This document shows positions 51,677-61,699 of a stretch of DNA of 64,000 nt, in pieces. This stretch comes from an uncultured delta proteobacterium (GTDB lineage: Bacteria; Desulfobacterota; Binatia; Bin18). The stretch is from contig CAVTCR010000081.1 in assembly GCA_963733195.1 (NCBI GenBank), positions 96,001 through 160,000 on the forward strand. Reading direction: 5' to 3'. Within the stretch, counting starts at the first letter, position 1. Each line of letters begins with the position of its first letter. The position numbers and the translations under genes are program-made. Under the pieces are notes generated by a model. The model was not told the origin of the DNA and did not search any database. It worked only from the letters and a program-made list of their open reading frames with translations.

Positions 51677-53236
51677 ATGTCTACTGCGCTCATAATGTTT
51701 CTTGCTTTCATCGCGGTGACTTTGGGCATCACCTACTGGTCAGCACGGCAGTCAACGGGGGCCAACTCGTTTTTTGCTGCCGGTCGCCGTATGACGGCAT
51801 GGCAGAACGGCGTGGCAGTTGCTGGGGATTATATGAGCGCGGCGTCGTTTCTTGGCATCGCCGGTATCATTGCCTTCCAGGGCTACGACGGGTTTATGTA
51901 TTCAGTCGGCTGGTTAGTTGCCTATCTCACTGTTCTCCTCATCGTTGCTGAACCGTTGCGCAATACGGGAAAGTATACGATGGCTGATGTGTTGGCGTAT
52001 CGCTTGAGCCCGCGTCCAGTCCGAGCAATGGCTGCGCTCAGCACACTGACTGTGAGTACGTTCTACATGATCGCCCAGATGGTTGGCGCTGGTGCGCTCG
52101 TTGCTCTGCTTCTGAAGGATTCTGGCATCAGCTATCAGACTGCGGTCATCGGTGTGGGCGTGCTCATGGTCACCTATGTCGTTTTTGGTGGCATGTTAGC
52201 GACGACGTGGGTACAAATTATTAAAGCGATTCTGTTAATGGCTGGTACGGTACTCTTGAGCATCCTGGTTCTTGCTCACTTCGACTTCAGCTTTAGTAAA
52301 TTTTTCAATGCCATTACGCAGGTCACGTATACCGAGAACGGCGTACAAGTGACTAAAGACTTTCTCCAACCAGGACTGCGGTTCAAACCACCGTACGGAG
52401 CGCTCGACCTGATCTCCCTGAGTTTGGCTTTGATCTTTGGCACCGCTGGATTGCCGCACATTCTGGTACGGTTTTATACCGTGCCGGACGCGAAGACCGC
52501 GCGAATTAGTGTCGTTTGGGCGATGGCGCTGATCGGTAGCTTCTACATCATGACCACGTTTCTCGGATTTGGTGCGGCGACGATCGTCGGACGTGACACG
52601 ATTGCTGCGAACGGCGGTACCAACATGAGTGCACCGTTACTCGCGCAGACGTTGGGTGGGGATGTGTTTTTTGCTTTTGTCGCGGCGATTGCCTTTGCGA
52701 CCATTCTTGCCGTCGTTGCTGGTCTTACTATTAGTGCTTCCACTTCTTTTGCCCACGACTTTTACACGAACGTCCTCCATCATGGCAAAGAACGCAGTCC
52801 AGGCGAAGAGGTTCGTGTCGCGCGAATTACGGCATTCGTCGTCGGTGCGGTCGCTATCGCGATTGCCATTCTCCTTGGACCTGCTGCCAACGTTGCGTTC
52901 TTGGTCGCCCTGGCGTTTGCTGTAGCTGCGTCTGCGAATCTCCCAGTCATCATCCTCTCGCTCTTCTGGAAACGATTTACCACCGCAGGTGCAGTGAGTG
53001 GGTTAGCGACCGGACTTGTAGCGTCGATTGTTTTGATCCTAATCGGTCCGAGTATTATGAAGAGTGGCCCATTGTTTCCGTTAGAGAATCCAGGGATTGT
53101 CAGTATTCCGCTTGGGTTTCTTGGTGCGGTGGTTGGTACGTTGCTGAGTCGTGAACCAGCAACTGAGGAAAAATTCGCTGAACTTATCGTCCGGGCGAAT
53201 ACGGGTTTGGGGGCGGAGAAAGCGACGGAACACTAA
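51677..53236 (+). CDS. actP: Cation/acetate symporter ActP (SSS family)
   Basis: [47 protein letters not shown]. Confidence 0.92.
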   Translation: MSTALIMFLAFIAVTLGITYWSARQSTGANSFFAAGRRMTAWQNGVAVAGDYMSAASFLGIAGIIAFQGYDGFMYSVGWLVAYLTVLLIVAEPLRNTGKYTMADVLAYRLSPRPVRAMAALSTLTVSTFYMIAQMVGAGALVALLLKDSGISYQTAVIGVGVLMVTYVVFGGMLATTWVQIIKAILLMAGTVLLSILVLAHFDFSFSKFFNAITQVTYTENGVQVTKDFLQPGLRFKPPYGALDLISLSLALIFGTAGLPHILVRFYTVPDAKTARISVVWAMALIGSFYIMTTFLGFGAATIVGRDTIAANGGTNMSAPLLAQTLGGDVFFAFVAAIAFATILAVVAGLTISASTSFAHDFYTNVLHHGKERSPGEEVRVARITAFVVGAVAIAIAILLGPAANVAFLVALAFAVAASANLPVIILSLFWKRFTTAGAVSGLATGLVASIVLILIGPSIMKSGPLFPLENPGIVSIPLGFLGAVVGTLLSREPATEEKFAELIVRANTGLGAEKATEH

Positions 53237-53365
53237 AACGTGATCATGGTGCGTGAAGCATAATGCGTGAAACGTAAAACGTGAGACGTAGGAGGAGGGC
53301 AAGAATGCCTTCTACTGACTACTGAATGCTGACTACCGACTACTGTTCCCGTTAAGGAGGGACCT

Positions 53366-54247
53366 ATGCCGCTGAATTCATCTACTGTCGGTGCGACGGC
53401 GGAACCTATCGTTCATGATGTCGATGCCCGTTGGCTGATGGCCTATGCCGCCGGACTCGGGGATACGTTACCCTGCTATCTGGACACGTTACGCCCGCAA
53501 AGTATCATCGGTCATCCTTTGTTCCCGGTATGTATCGAGTGGCCAACCGTACTGGCCATGCGGGGACAAGCCGAGGGTGCGGGATTGTCCACTGACGAAG
53601 CCATCCGCTCAGTACATGCAACGCACGATGTGATTATTCATCGTAGTGTACGGCCCGGAGATCGTCTCACAACCCGTGCGACTATCGTTGGGGTTGAGCG
53701 GCGCAAACCGGGTGCGTTTCAGGTGATGCGGCTTGATACAGTCGATGCGAGTGGATCTCCCGTGTGTACTACCTGGCAAGGGGGCCTGTTTCGCGAGGTT
53801 GCCGTCGCCGGACCAGATCGTCCGGCGACGGAGATCCCGCCACTGCCGAACTTTGCTGCGACCGGTACGTCAATACGAGCAGAGGTACACATTCCCATCT
53901 CTGCCTTAGCGGCGCACGTATATACCGAATGTGCGCGAATTTGGAATCCGGTGCACACCGACACGGCGGTTGCTGATCGGGCTGGGTTGCCGGGGCTGAT
54001 TCTGCATGGAACGGCGACGTTAGCGCTGGCAGTCTCACAGATTGTCCACCTCGAAGCCGACAATGAACCTGGCACGAGTGCGACGCGTTCTGGCCGGTTT
54101 AACGCAATGGTATTGATGCCGTCGGAGATCACTGTCCGAATCGTGTCGCGTGAAAAATCTGCTGACGGTGATGTCGTGTATTTTGAGGTGCGCAACGCTG
54201 AGGGAGCACTAGCGGTTCGAGATGGCGCTATCGTGCTGCGTGGATGA
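53366..54247 (+). CDS. Double hot-dog MaoC-family enoyl-CoA hydratase/dehydratase
   Basis: LMAYAAG, VHATHD, WNPVHTD...ILHGTAT motifs. Confidence 0.83.
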   Translation: MPLNSSTVGATAEPIVHDVDARWLMAYAAGLGDTLPCYLDTLRPQSIIGHPLFPVCIEWPTVLAMRGQAEGAGLSTDEAIRSVHATHDVIIHRSVRPGDRLTTRATIVGVERRKPGAFQVMRLDTVDASGSPVCTTWQGGLFREVAVAGPDRPATEIPPLPNFAATGTSIRAEVHIPISALAAHVYTECARIWNPVHTDTAVADRAGLPGLILHGTATLALAVSQIVHLEADNEPGTSATRSGRFNAMVLMPSEITVRIVSREKSADGDVVYFEVRNAEGALAVRDGAIVLRG

Positions 54248-54399
54248 AGTTGGGGAAAAGTAATCAGTAGTCAGCATTCAGTAGCCAGTAGGGGAGAACA
54301 CGTCATGATTTCTTTTCCCATGCTGGCTATTGATTTTCGTGCTTTCGTTCCTCATTCATCGTTCATCCAGAATTAGCGTTAAAAAAGGAAGGGACAACC

Positions 54400-54870
54400 A
54401 TGATCAAAGGTATCTTTCACATCAACATTAACGTGACGAATTTTGAGCGCTCCCTGGCATTCTATCAGCAACTTGGCTTCAAGGTGGTCAAGGATCTGGG
54501 TGAAGGTGGGAACCCACAGTTTGAGAAGGGGCTACGAATGGCCAATCCGCGCGGACGAGCCGCACTCTTGATGTTAGGGGACAACAAGTATGCGACTCGT
54601 ATTGATCTCATCGAATGGAAGAGCCCGAAGGTCGAAGGGAAACCTTACCCGCATCTCCATCACGTCGGGATGGCGCGGCTGGCGTTGTGGACCGACACCC
54701 TGCAACAAGACTACGAAAGACTGAAAGCGACAGGTGTCGAGTTTTTCTCCGAGCCGCAAATCATGAAAGATGGTTCGTCGTTTGTCTGTTTCACTGATCC
54801 AGACGGTACGATACTGGAATTTATCCAGTTCGGAGGGGAACGGCGTAAGGAACAGGCTCTCAGTGAGTGA
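54400..54870 (+). CDS. VOC/glyoxalase family protein
   Basis: HININVTNFERSLAFY...FTDPDGTILE. Confidence 0.88.
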   Translation: MIKGIFHININVTNFERSLAFYQQLGFKVVKDLGEGGNPQFEKGLRMANPRGRAALLMLGDNKYATRIDLIEWKSPKVEGKPYPHLHHVGMARLALWTDTLQQDYERLKATGVEFFSEPQIMKDGSSFVCFTDPDGTILEFIQFGGERRKEQALSE

Positions 54871-56224
54871 ACCCTCTCGCGTGTCGCAGTCCACGACATC
54901 CGCTTCGATCCAACCTGCACAGACAGAGACGGATGAAGCGGATCGTCATTATCGACCATCGTGGTTCAAGTTTGCTTTCTTCATTGGCCGACCACCGGAG
55001 CTGACTCGACGCCAGTGGCATGTCCTTGGCTTGGTGGCCGCAGTCTCGTTCTTTGAACAGTACGATCTCTATCTGTTTACTCTCGCGCTCAAGCAAATTC
55101 AGACAGGATTAGCGATTGAAGAAGCAGAGCTTGGGCTTTTAGGGTCGATTGTTCGGTTTGGTGCTTTGCCGGCGTTCTTTGTTACGTTAGTCGCTGACCG
55201 CATTGGTCGTCGTCGCGTGCTGCTGTTTACCATCCTGGCCTATACGTTGTTCACTGGGCTGACGGCATTTGCCTCTGATGTTCGTCTTTTTGTTGTCTGT
55301 CAGTTTTTGGCTCGTACCTTCGCAGTGGCGGAAGCCTTGCTTGCAGTAGTCGTCATTGCCGAAGAGTTCGGTCCCACTGTCCGCGGATGGGGCATCGGTG
55401 CCTTTGCTGCGATTCAATCCTGTGGAGCAGGATTTGCGGCTTTGCTATTTGCCTTTGTCGGGCATACGGAACATGGTTGGCGTGGACTCTACCTCGTCGG
55501 TCTGGTTCCACTCTTGCTAATTGCACAGTGGCGTCGCACATTACCAGAGACAGAACGATTCGCGGAATACCAGCAGCAACGAACACGCGCAGGTCAGTCA
55601 GAACACGCACTAGCGCCGCTCCTTCGGCTCATACGCATGTACCCTCGTCGTATGGTGATGCTATCCGCTGTTGTGTTCGTGTTAGCGGTTACGGAAGCGG
55701 CAGCAGGATTTTTTGGCCCCAAGTATTTGCAAGAGGTTCATGGGTGGACACCTAGTGGAGTAGGCCTTCTGACCGTCCTTGGTGGGGCGTTTGCGGTGGT
55801 GGGGAATACTTTTGCTGGTTGGCTCAGCGACCGCGTTGGACGCAAATATGTCACTGTTGGTTTCTTATTTGGTGAAGTTATTTTCACTCTTGCGTATTAC
55901 AATGCGCCCGCGTCGTTCATGGTACCCCTATGGATATTGATGATTTTCACTCTTCTTGGCGGCAATGTGACATTGGCCGCGTATGGGGCTGAGTTGTTTC
56001 CGACATCTTATCGTTCGACTGCAGCTGGCGCGCGAGTTGTTGTCACCACGATTGGGGGAAGCATCGGCCTGGCACTTCAATCGGTGCTGTATGGAGTTCT
56101 GGGATCACACTGGGAAGCTATTTCGTTGTTAGCAGCGCTCGCAATATTGGGTCCTATTCTTGTTATGCTGACTTTCCCGGAAACGAGCGGAAGGACGTTG
56201 GAAGAAATTGCGCCGGAGCGATAG
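54863..56224 (+). CDS. MFS transporter
   Basis: About 12 TM segments, ADRIGRR and SDRVGRK motifs, ELFPT, PETSGRTLE. Confidence 0.9.
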   Translation: MSEPSRVSQSTTSASIQPAQTETDEADRHYRPSWFKFAFFIGRPPELTRRQWHVLGLVAAVSFFEQYDLYLFTLALKQIQTGLAIEEAELGLLGSIVRFGALPAFFVTLVADRIGRRRVLLFTILAYTLFTGLTAFASDVRLFVVCQFLARTFAVAEALLAVVVIAEEFGPTVRGWGIGAFAAIQSCGAGFAALLFAFVGHTEHGWRGLYLVGLVPLLLIAQWRRTLPETERFAEYQQQRTRAGQSEHALAPLLRLIRMYPRRMVMLSAVVFVLAVTEAAAGFFGPKYLQEVHGWTPSGVGLLTVLGGAFAVVGNTFAGWLSDRVGRKYVTVGFLFGEVIFTLAYYNAPASFMVPLWILMIFTLLGGNVTLAAYGAELFPTSYRSTAAGARVVVTTIGGSIGLALQSVLYGVLGSHWEAISLLAALAILGPILVMLTFPETSGRTLEEIAPER

Positions 56225-56237
56225 CAGAGTTGCGATC

Positions 56238-56930
56238 TTACCGAATCCCGAGTCGGTGGCAGACTGCCAGAAGTACGTCGGGGCGGTCTGAACCAATCGC
56301 ATCCACACCAAGGTCGATCAAGCGGCGCATGTCAGCTTCTTTATCGGTATTCCATGCACGAACGAGTAAGCCTTGCCTATGGGCATCATTCACAAGCTGT
56401 TGGTCGATGAATTCGTGCCAGATGTGTAGAGCATGAAGCCCAAGTTGCTGGGTTCGTTGGACAACATCGGCGGGAAGGCGACCCCATAACGCCCCGGCGC
56501 GAAGCTGCGGATTTCGCGTGCGGGCTTCTATCAACCAATCATGTTTGAAAGACGTAAGGATAACCTGATCGACCGCATGTGCAGCTTCTACCGCTTGTAC
56601 CACTGGGAGAGCGCTACCGGACCCTTTGAGTTCTATTTGCAGCACGACTTTTCCGTGTGTGACAGCAAGAATTTCTTCGAGTGTCGGAATATGTTCCCCG
56701 AGGCCAGCATCGAGCCGGCGAATCTCTGCGAAGGTTAACTCTGCTACTTTCCCCGTGCCGTTGGTCGTGCGGTCGACGGTTGAATCATGCATTAACACTA
56801 AATGACCATCGCGTGTGAGTTGGACGTCGGTTTCGATTTGATCAACACCGAGCGCAATCGCTCGCTGCATGGCCCGCAGTGTGTTTTCTGGTTCGAGGGA
56901 CCCGGCACCTCGATGCGAGGTAATAATCAC
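56238..56930 (-). CDS. Glycerophosphodiester phosphodiesterase
   Basis: SHRGA, PENT, IETDVQLTRDG, MHD, IELK. Confidence 0.92.
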   Translation of the reverse strand: MIITSHRGAGSLEPENTLRAMQRAIALGVDQIETDVQLTRDGHLVLMHDSTVDRTTNGTGKVAELTFAEIRRLDAGLGEHIPTLEEILAVTHGKVVLQIELKGSGSALPVVQAVEAAHAVDQVILTSFKHDWLIEARTRNPQLRAGALWGRLPADVVQRTQQLGLHALHIWHEFIDQQLVNDAHRQGLLVRAWNTDKEADMRRLIDLGVDAIGSDRPDVLLAVCHRLGIR

Positions 56931-56954
56931 AGCGTTTGCTTTTGGGTGTTGTGG

Positions 56955-57398
56955 TCAGACTCGTTGCCACTGCACGAGCGTCACATCTTCATGATCTTCC
57001 CACACCACTTCGACCGCATCACCAATCTTCACATCTTGTTGTGGATCACCGAGGAGGTTGCCGACCATACGCACATTGCCAGCGGCAGGCAGTTCTACCA
57101 AGACGATGAGGTACGGCACGCGATCCTTGAGTGCTTTGTGAACCGGATGCCAGACACGCTCAAATGCGTAGACTTTGCCACGACTTGAACATTCAACCCA
57201 CGCGATTTCTCCCGAGCGACAGTTGTGGCAGATCCACTCAGGGCCAAACTGGAAAGCACTACAAGCGTTGCAGCGTTGCACCAACAGCTTGTGCTGTTTC
57301 GTTCCCTCCCAAAATGATGCATCGAGTCCATCGGGCATCGGGCCGGGTAGGGGCATTCCTTCAGGGAAGTAGGAAGTTGTTGTGGAGTCGTGCGACAT
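56955..57398 (-). CDS. Zn-ribbon/OB-fold (DUF35, ChsH2-like) protein
   Basis: FWEG, QRCNAC, ICHNC, PYLIVLVEL, VRMVGNL; follows the thiolase-like gene. Confidence 0.88.
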   Translation of the reverse strand: MSHDSTTTSYFPEGMPLPGPMPDGLDASFWEGTKQHKLLVQRCNACSAFQFGPEWICHNCRSGEIAWVECSSRGKVYAFERVWHPVHKALKDRVPYLIVLVELPAAGNVRMVGNLLGDPQQDVKIGDAVEVVWEDHEDVTLVQWQRV

Positions 57399-57481
57399 TG
57401 GGGTTTCCTTTCACGTTTCACGACATTACGCGTCACGTGAACGTAAAACGTGTTGCGTGAGACTGATACCGTAGCTCTCGT

Positions 57482-58651
57482 TTAATTCCGCATCAACAAA
57501 TTACTCACCGGCGCGACCATCGGCCCGGCGGCAACGAGGCACGTGCGCGCATTTTTCACCTGACACGTCGACGTGCCACGCATTTGTCGCACTCCTTCGA
57601 GAACCAGTTCGAGACCATGCATGTACGCTTCGGCGAGGTTGCCACCGCTCGTGTTTAACGGCAGCTTGCCATTGGGCCACTCCAAATTGCCGTTGGTACA
57701 AAATGCTTCAGCTTCTTCAGGTGCGCACAGGCCGTGTTCGACTAAGCTCATCAACACGCCACCTGTGAAGTTTTCGTATACTTGGGCGACATCAACATCT
57801 TTGGGTGTAATTCCTGCCATGCCAAAAAGCCGGGGAGCGAGCGTCTTAAAATTTGAGGTCGCATAGTCTGGGTCATTATGAGCAGCAGTCCATTGACGAT
57901 AGCCTGAGCCTTGGGCAGCGGCCATAAGATAAACGGGCTTTTGTTGCAAGTCTCGCGCTCGTTCCGCAGTGGTGAGGACGACAGCCGCAGCTCCATCGTT
58001 CTCTAAGCAGCAATCAAACAGATGGAACGGTTCAACGATCCAGCGCGAATTGTAATACGACTCGCGAGTAAGTGGGCGACCGTACATAATCGCACGAGGA
58101 TTTTGCTGCGCGTGTTTGTATGAAGCCAAAGCGATACCGCACAGCGCTTCTTGGCTAATCTTATGCTCGTACATGAACCGCTGTGTACGCATGGCGAACA
58201 TTTGCGCCGGGGACATCAGTCCGTAGGGCATTGAGTACGCCATTGGACCGCGTACACGTGCGCTGGCGTGACCTTGACCGAAGCGGCCAAATTGCCCTTG
58301 GGCTAAGGCGCGAAAAGCCACGACATGCTTTGCATAACCTGCGACGACTGCTGCTGCAGCATTACCTACAGCCCCAGCGACACCGCCGCCACCACCTCCC
58401 CAATGCATGTTGGAGAACTGAATCTGTGGGATTCCTAATGCTGCGGCAAGACGTACTGGGTCGTTACGATCATCACTGTACGAGGCAAAACCATCGATAT
58501 CTTCAACTCGCAATCCCGCGTCAGCCACTGCCTTCTGAACCGCTTCCAGTGCAAGCTGAAACTCGCTCACTGGCGATTGTCCGGCTTTGTAGTATCGCGT
58601 CTCGCCGATGCCGACGATGGCAACTTTGTCTTTGATAGTGTAGTCGGTCAC
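57482..58651 (-). CDS. Thiolase-like / lipid-transfer protein (Ltp2, SCP-x type)
   Basis: VAIVGIGET, NPRA, DCCLENDGAAA, YENFT, NTSGGNLAEAYMHG; Gly-rich GGGGG in place of the canonical catalytic Cys region. Confidence 0.85.
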   Translation of the reverse strand: MTDYTIKDKVAIVGIGETRYYKAGQSPVSEFQLALEAVQKAVADAGLRVEDIDGFASYSDDRNDPVRLAAALGIPQIQFSNMHWGGGGGGVAGAVGNAAAAVVAGYAKHVVAFRALAQGQFGRFGQGHASARVRGPMAYSMPYGLMSPAQMFAMRTQRFMYEHKISQEALCGIALASYKHAQQNPRAIMYGRPLTRESYYNSRWIVEPFHLFDCCLENDGAAAVVLTTAERARDLQQKPVYLMAAAQGSGYRQWTAAHNDPDYATSNFKTLAPRLFGMAGITPKDVDVAQVYENFTGGVLMSLVEHGLCAPEEAEAFCTNGNLEWPNGKLPLNTSGGNLAEAYMHGLELVLEGVRQMRGTSTCQVKNARTCLVAAGPMVAPVSNLLMRN

Positions 58652-58692
58652 AGCCCCTCCTTGATGGGTCAATCGATGGTAACACGGCGTGA

Positions 58693-59010
58693 TTATGCCG
58701 CTTTTTGCTTCCGAGCAGCAGCGAAATCGATAATAACTTTTGCTGGCGGTAAATCCGGAATGGCAGTATGTTTGCCATGAAAAGGAAAGAGTATCTGATC
58801 AAGTTCCTGAGCCACTTCTCTAGAAAAGAAGGCTCGTCCGCATACCGGGCAGAGATCGGTCGGGATTTCTTCTACGATGACCTCAACCGCACTTCCTGTG
58901 CGGCGGAAAACCCGAGTAATCGTGTCGGATTGTAGTTGACCTGGGCAGTCGCTCAGGCAACGTCTTACTTGCGTTTTTTTCGTCGGCGTCTTTTCCAATC
59001 TGGTTGCCAT
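58693..59010 (-). CDS. YgiT/MqsA-type zinc finger protein (putative antitoxin)
   Basis: CLSDC and CPVCG pairs, VIVEEIP; overlaps the DUF4258 gene. Confidence 0.75.
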   Translation of the reverse strand: MATRLEKTPTKKTQVRRCLSDCPGQLQSDTITRVFRRTGSAVEVIVEEIPTDLCPVCGRAFFSREVAQELDQILFPFHGKHTAIPDLPPAKVIIDFAAARKQKAA

Positions 59011-59285
59011 AATTTTGCATCAGGAACATAGGCAGTAACAACACTCGCTTCATCTGTTCCCGGGACGTACTCTAACACGATGTGGCATGGTATCCCATCG
59101 TCCCGGGTGAAATGTAAGAGAAGCCCACGCATCCCATAGTCTTCAATCAGTTCTCCATGGAAGACAGCTTCTTCAAGATCGTTGCTGGTTAAGCCGTCCT
59201 TTCTTCCTTCAATCAGGGCATGATCGACAAAGCGTAGGACAATTCTTCCTTGTGCAAGCAATCTGCGCACGCTGATGAGGTTCAT
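58965..59285 (-). CDS. DUF4258 (RelE-like fold) putative toxin
   Basis: HA...G ELIEDY...CHIV...VVTAYVPD..W..DW..RR motif. Confidence 0.8.
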   Translation of the reverse strand: MNLISVRRLLAQGRIVLRFVDHALIEGRKDGLTSNDLEEAVFHGELIEDYGMRGLLLHFTRDDGIPCHIVLEYVPGTDEASVVTAYVPDAKLWQPDWKRRRRKKRK

Positions 59286-59372
59286 GCGTTCCGAATAGCC
59301 AGAAGGAACAGAGGCTGTAGACTAAAGGCGATTTTCTTTTCTCCCTCAAGCCTGCAGCCTCAAGCCTTTAGC

Positions 59373-59744
59373 CTATTTCTGTTTCGCATCAACTTCATCA
59401 AACACTTCTTTGGCGATACGCAGACCGTTCACACCGGTGGGCCAACCGCCATAGTGAGCGAGGTGGATCATCATTTCGTTGATTTTCTCTCGGCTAATTC
59501 CGGCATTGAGTCCGCCACGGATATGAACTTTCATCTCACGCTCACGAGCAAGCACGGTGAGTGCTGCGATAGTAATCATCGAGCGTTCCCTCAATTCGAG
59601 ACCTGGCCGGTTCCAGATATCGCCGAACAGATTTTCGACGGTCACCTTAAGAAAATCTTCCTGCATCATCCCAGGTTGCGGCTCGCGGCCAAACAATTCT
59701 TTCATCTTGGCCACACCTTTTTGCCAGCGTTCTGATTCTGCCAT
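59373..59744 (-). CDS. Carboxymuconolactone decarboxylase family protein
   Basis: LFGDIWNRPGLELRERSMITIAAL, HIRGGLNAG, HLAHYGGWP. Confidence 0.9.
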   Translation of the reverse strand: MAESERWQKGVAKMKELFGREPQPGMMQEDFLKVTVENLFGDIWNRPGLELRERSMITIAALTVLAREREMKVHIRGGLNAGISREKINEMMIHLAHYGGWPTGVNGLRIAKEVFDEVDAKQK

Positions 59745-60006
59745 ATCCTTTTCCTCCTTTGTTTTTTGCGTCTTTCACCCTTGCTAGCTAGGAACCGGTT
59801 GTTTACTATCAGACCTGCTATTCGTCAGTCAAAGTCCTGAGAGCAATGAGACATAAGGACTGAGAACTGAGTAACGAGTGATGAGTAATGAATAACGTGA
59901 TACGTAGTGCGTAATGCGTGACCCCTCATTCCGCTTTTTACGTTTTACGCTCTGTGTCTTTATCGTTTTCGTCACGTTTCACGTAATACGTCATACGAAA
60001 GACTCT

Positions 60007-60327
60007 ATGATTTCTGAAATTTCTGCCCAAGCACTCAAGAAGAGGATCACCGCTGGTGAAAAGCCAGTTTTGCTCGATGTTCGCGAGCCAGAGGAAGTGG
60101 CGATCGTTCGCCTTCCTGGCGCGGTGCATATCCCAATGGGTGAAGTGCCCGGACGTCTGCACGAACTCGATCCTGACAAGGAGATTATCGTGTATTGCCA
60201 TCATGGAGTGCGAAGCTTACGCGTCGCGCAGTTCCTGGCGCAGCGTGACTTTGACCGAGTAAGCAATTTAACTGGTGGTATCGACGCCTGGGCAATAGAA
60301 GTCGAGCCGGGAATGGCACGATACTGA
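60007..60327 (+). CDS. Rhodanese-like sulfurtransferase domain protein
   Basis: LLDVREP, VYCHHGVRS, NLTGGIDAW; start at ATG 60007. Confidence 0.9.
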   Translation: MISEISAQALKKRITAGEKPVLLDVREPEEVAIVRLPGAVHIPMGEVPGRLHELDPDKEIIVYCHHGVRSLRVAQFLAQRDFDRVSNLTGGIDAWAIEVEPGMARY

Positions 60328-60384
60328 GATAAGAATTCAGAATGTAGAATTCAGAATGCAGAATGAAAAAAGAAAGATTCTCCA

Positions 60385-61617
60385 ATGCCTAATACCCAAC
60401 CCCCAACCCCTAACCCCCAGCACCCAGGCCCCCTGCAAGGTATTCGCGTCATCGAGTGTGGCAACATGGTGTCTGCCCCCTATGCGGCGAAGTTGATGGC
60501 CGATTTGGGTGCGGAAGTGATTAAAGTCGAGTCCCTGGCTGGAGATGCCTCGCGTCGTCGGGGGCCGTATCCTGGCAACGTGCCGCATCCGGAAAAGAGT
60601 GGGACCTTCTTATACCTCAATACCAATAAACTCGGAGTGACACTCAATCTTGAAGCGGCGAAGGGGCAAGAGATTCTTCACCGCCTGGTGAAAGATGCTG
60701 ACCTGGTAATTCATAACTACCACCCGACGCATATGGCAGAGGTCGGTATGGATTATGACATCTTACGTCAAGTGAACCCGCGAGTGGTCATGACCTCGAT
60801 TTCGCCGTTCGGGCAGACTGGTCCAAACCACAACCTCCATGCCCAAGAACTCACCATGTGGAGTGCAGGTGGCATTGTTTACCTCGGTGGCGTTTCTGGT
60901 CGTCCTGATATGCCGCCCCTGAAGACTTTTGGACACCAGGCTGGATTTCAGGGCGGTGTTAATGCTGCCAACGGTTCTTTAGCTGCGCTGTTTGGCCGCT
61001 TCCGCAGCGGCAAGGGGCAACATGTCGATATTTCGGTGCAGGAATGCCTCGTGGCGATTATGGAGAATAACTACATCTCCTGGCCGTACGATCATAGTGT
61101 CGCCTCACGCCTTGGTTTTCGCCTGATCCCACAGGATATGTTTCAGTGCCGGGACGGTTTCATTTATTTCTTGGCGATTGAAGATCATCAATGGAAAGGT
61201 GCCGTTGAATTGATGGGCAACCCAGACTGGGCAGCGATGGACATTTTTCAAGATTTTCCCTCGCGTTCAGCCAACTGGGATGTACTGAAAACGTTGCTCG
61301 AAGAATGGATGGCCGACAAATCGGTACAGGAAGTTTACCATGCTGCGCAAGCGCGCCGGGTGCCGTTTGCGCCGGTGTCGACCATGGGTGACCTGATTGC
61401 CTCAAAGCATCTGAATGCCCGTGGTTTCTTCGCTGAAATTGCTCATCCGCAAACTGGCAACCTGAAATACCCCGGTGCACCGTATCGTTTCTCGGCGACG
61501 CCATGGGCGTTGCGACAGCCTGCACCGTGCCTCGGACAGCACAACAGTGAGGTGTATGGTCGTATTGGCTTATCACAAACTGAGATCGATGAATTAAAGA
61601 AGCAAGGAGTGATCTAA
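60385..61617 (+). CDS. CoA-transferase family III (CaiB/BaiF), subunit 1
   Basis: GPLQGIRVIE, ADLGAEVIKVE, NTNK, SISPFGQTGP, APCLGQH. Confidence 0.9.
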   Translation: MPNTQPPTPNPQHPGPLQGIRVIECGNMVSAPYAAKLMADLGAEVIKVESLAGDASRRRGPYPGNVPHPEKSGTFLYLNTNKLGVTLNLEAAKGQEILHRLVKDADLVIHNYHPTHMAEVGMDYDILRQVNPRVVMTSISPFGQTGPNHNLHAQELTMWSAGGIVYLGGVSGRPDMPPLKTFGHQAGFQGGVNAANGSLAALFGRFRSGKGQHVDISVQECLVAIMENNYISWPYDHSVASRLGFRLIPQDMFQCRDGFIYFLAIEDHQWKGAVELMGNPDWAAMDIFQDFPSRSANWDVLKTLLEEWMADKSVQEVYHAAQARRVPFAPVSTMGDLIASKHLNARGFFAEIAHPQTGNLKYPGAPYRFSATPWALRQPAPCLGQHNSEVYGRIGLSQTEIDELKKQGVI

Positions 61618-61699
61618 GAGGTGAAACGTTAAAGCGTGAAACGTGAACGTACCACGTAACACGCATCACGGATTTCGCATTATATGATGGTTAAAATTC

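Noticed and set aside
59914-60006. Hydrophobic N-terminal extension of the rhodanese ORF
   Set aside because: Derived from a heptamer tract; the domain begins naturally at MISEIS (60007)
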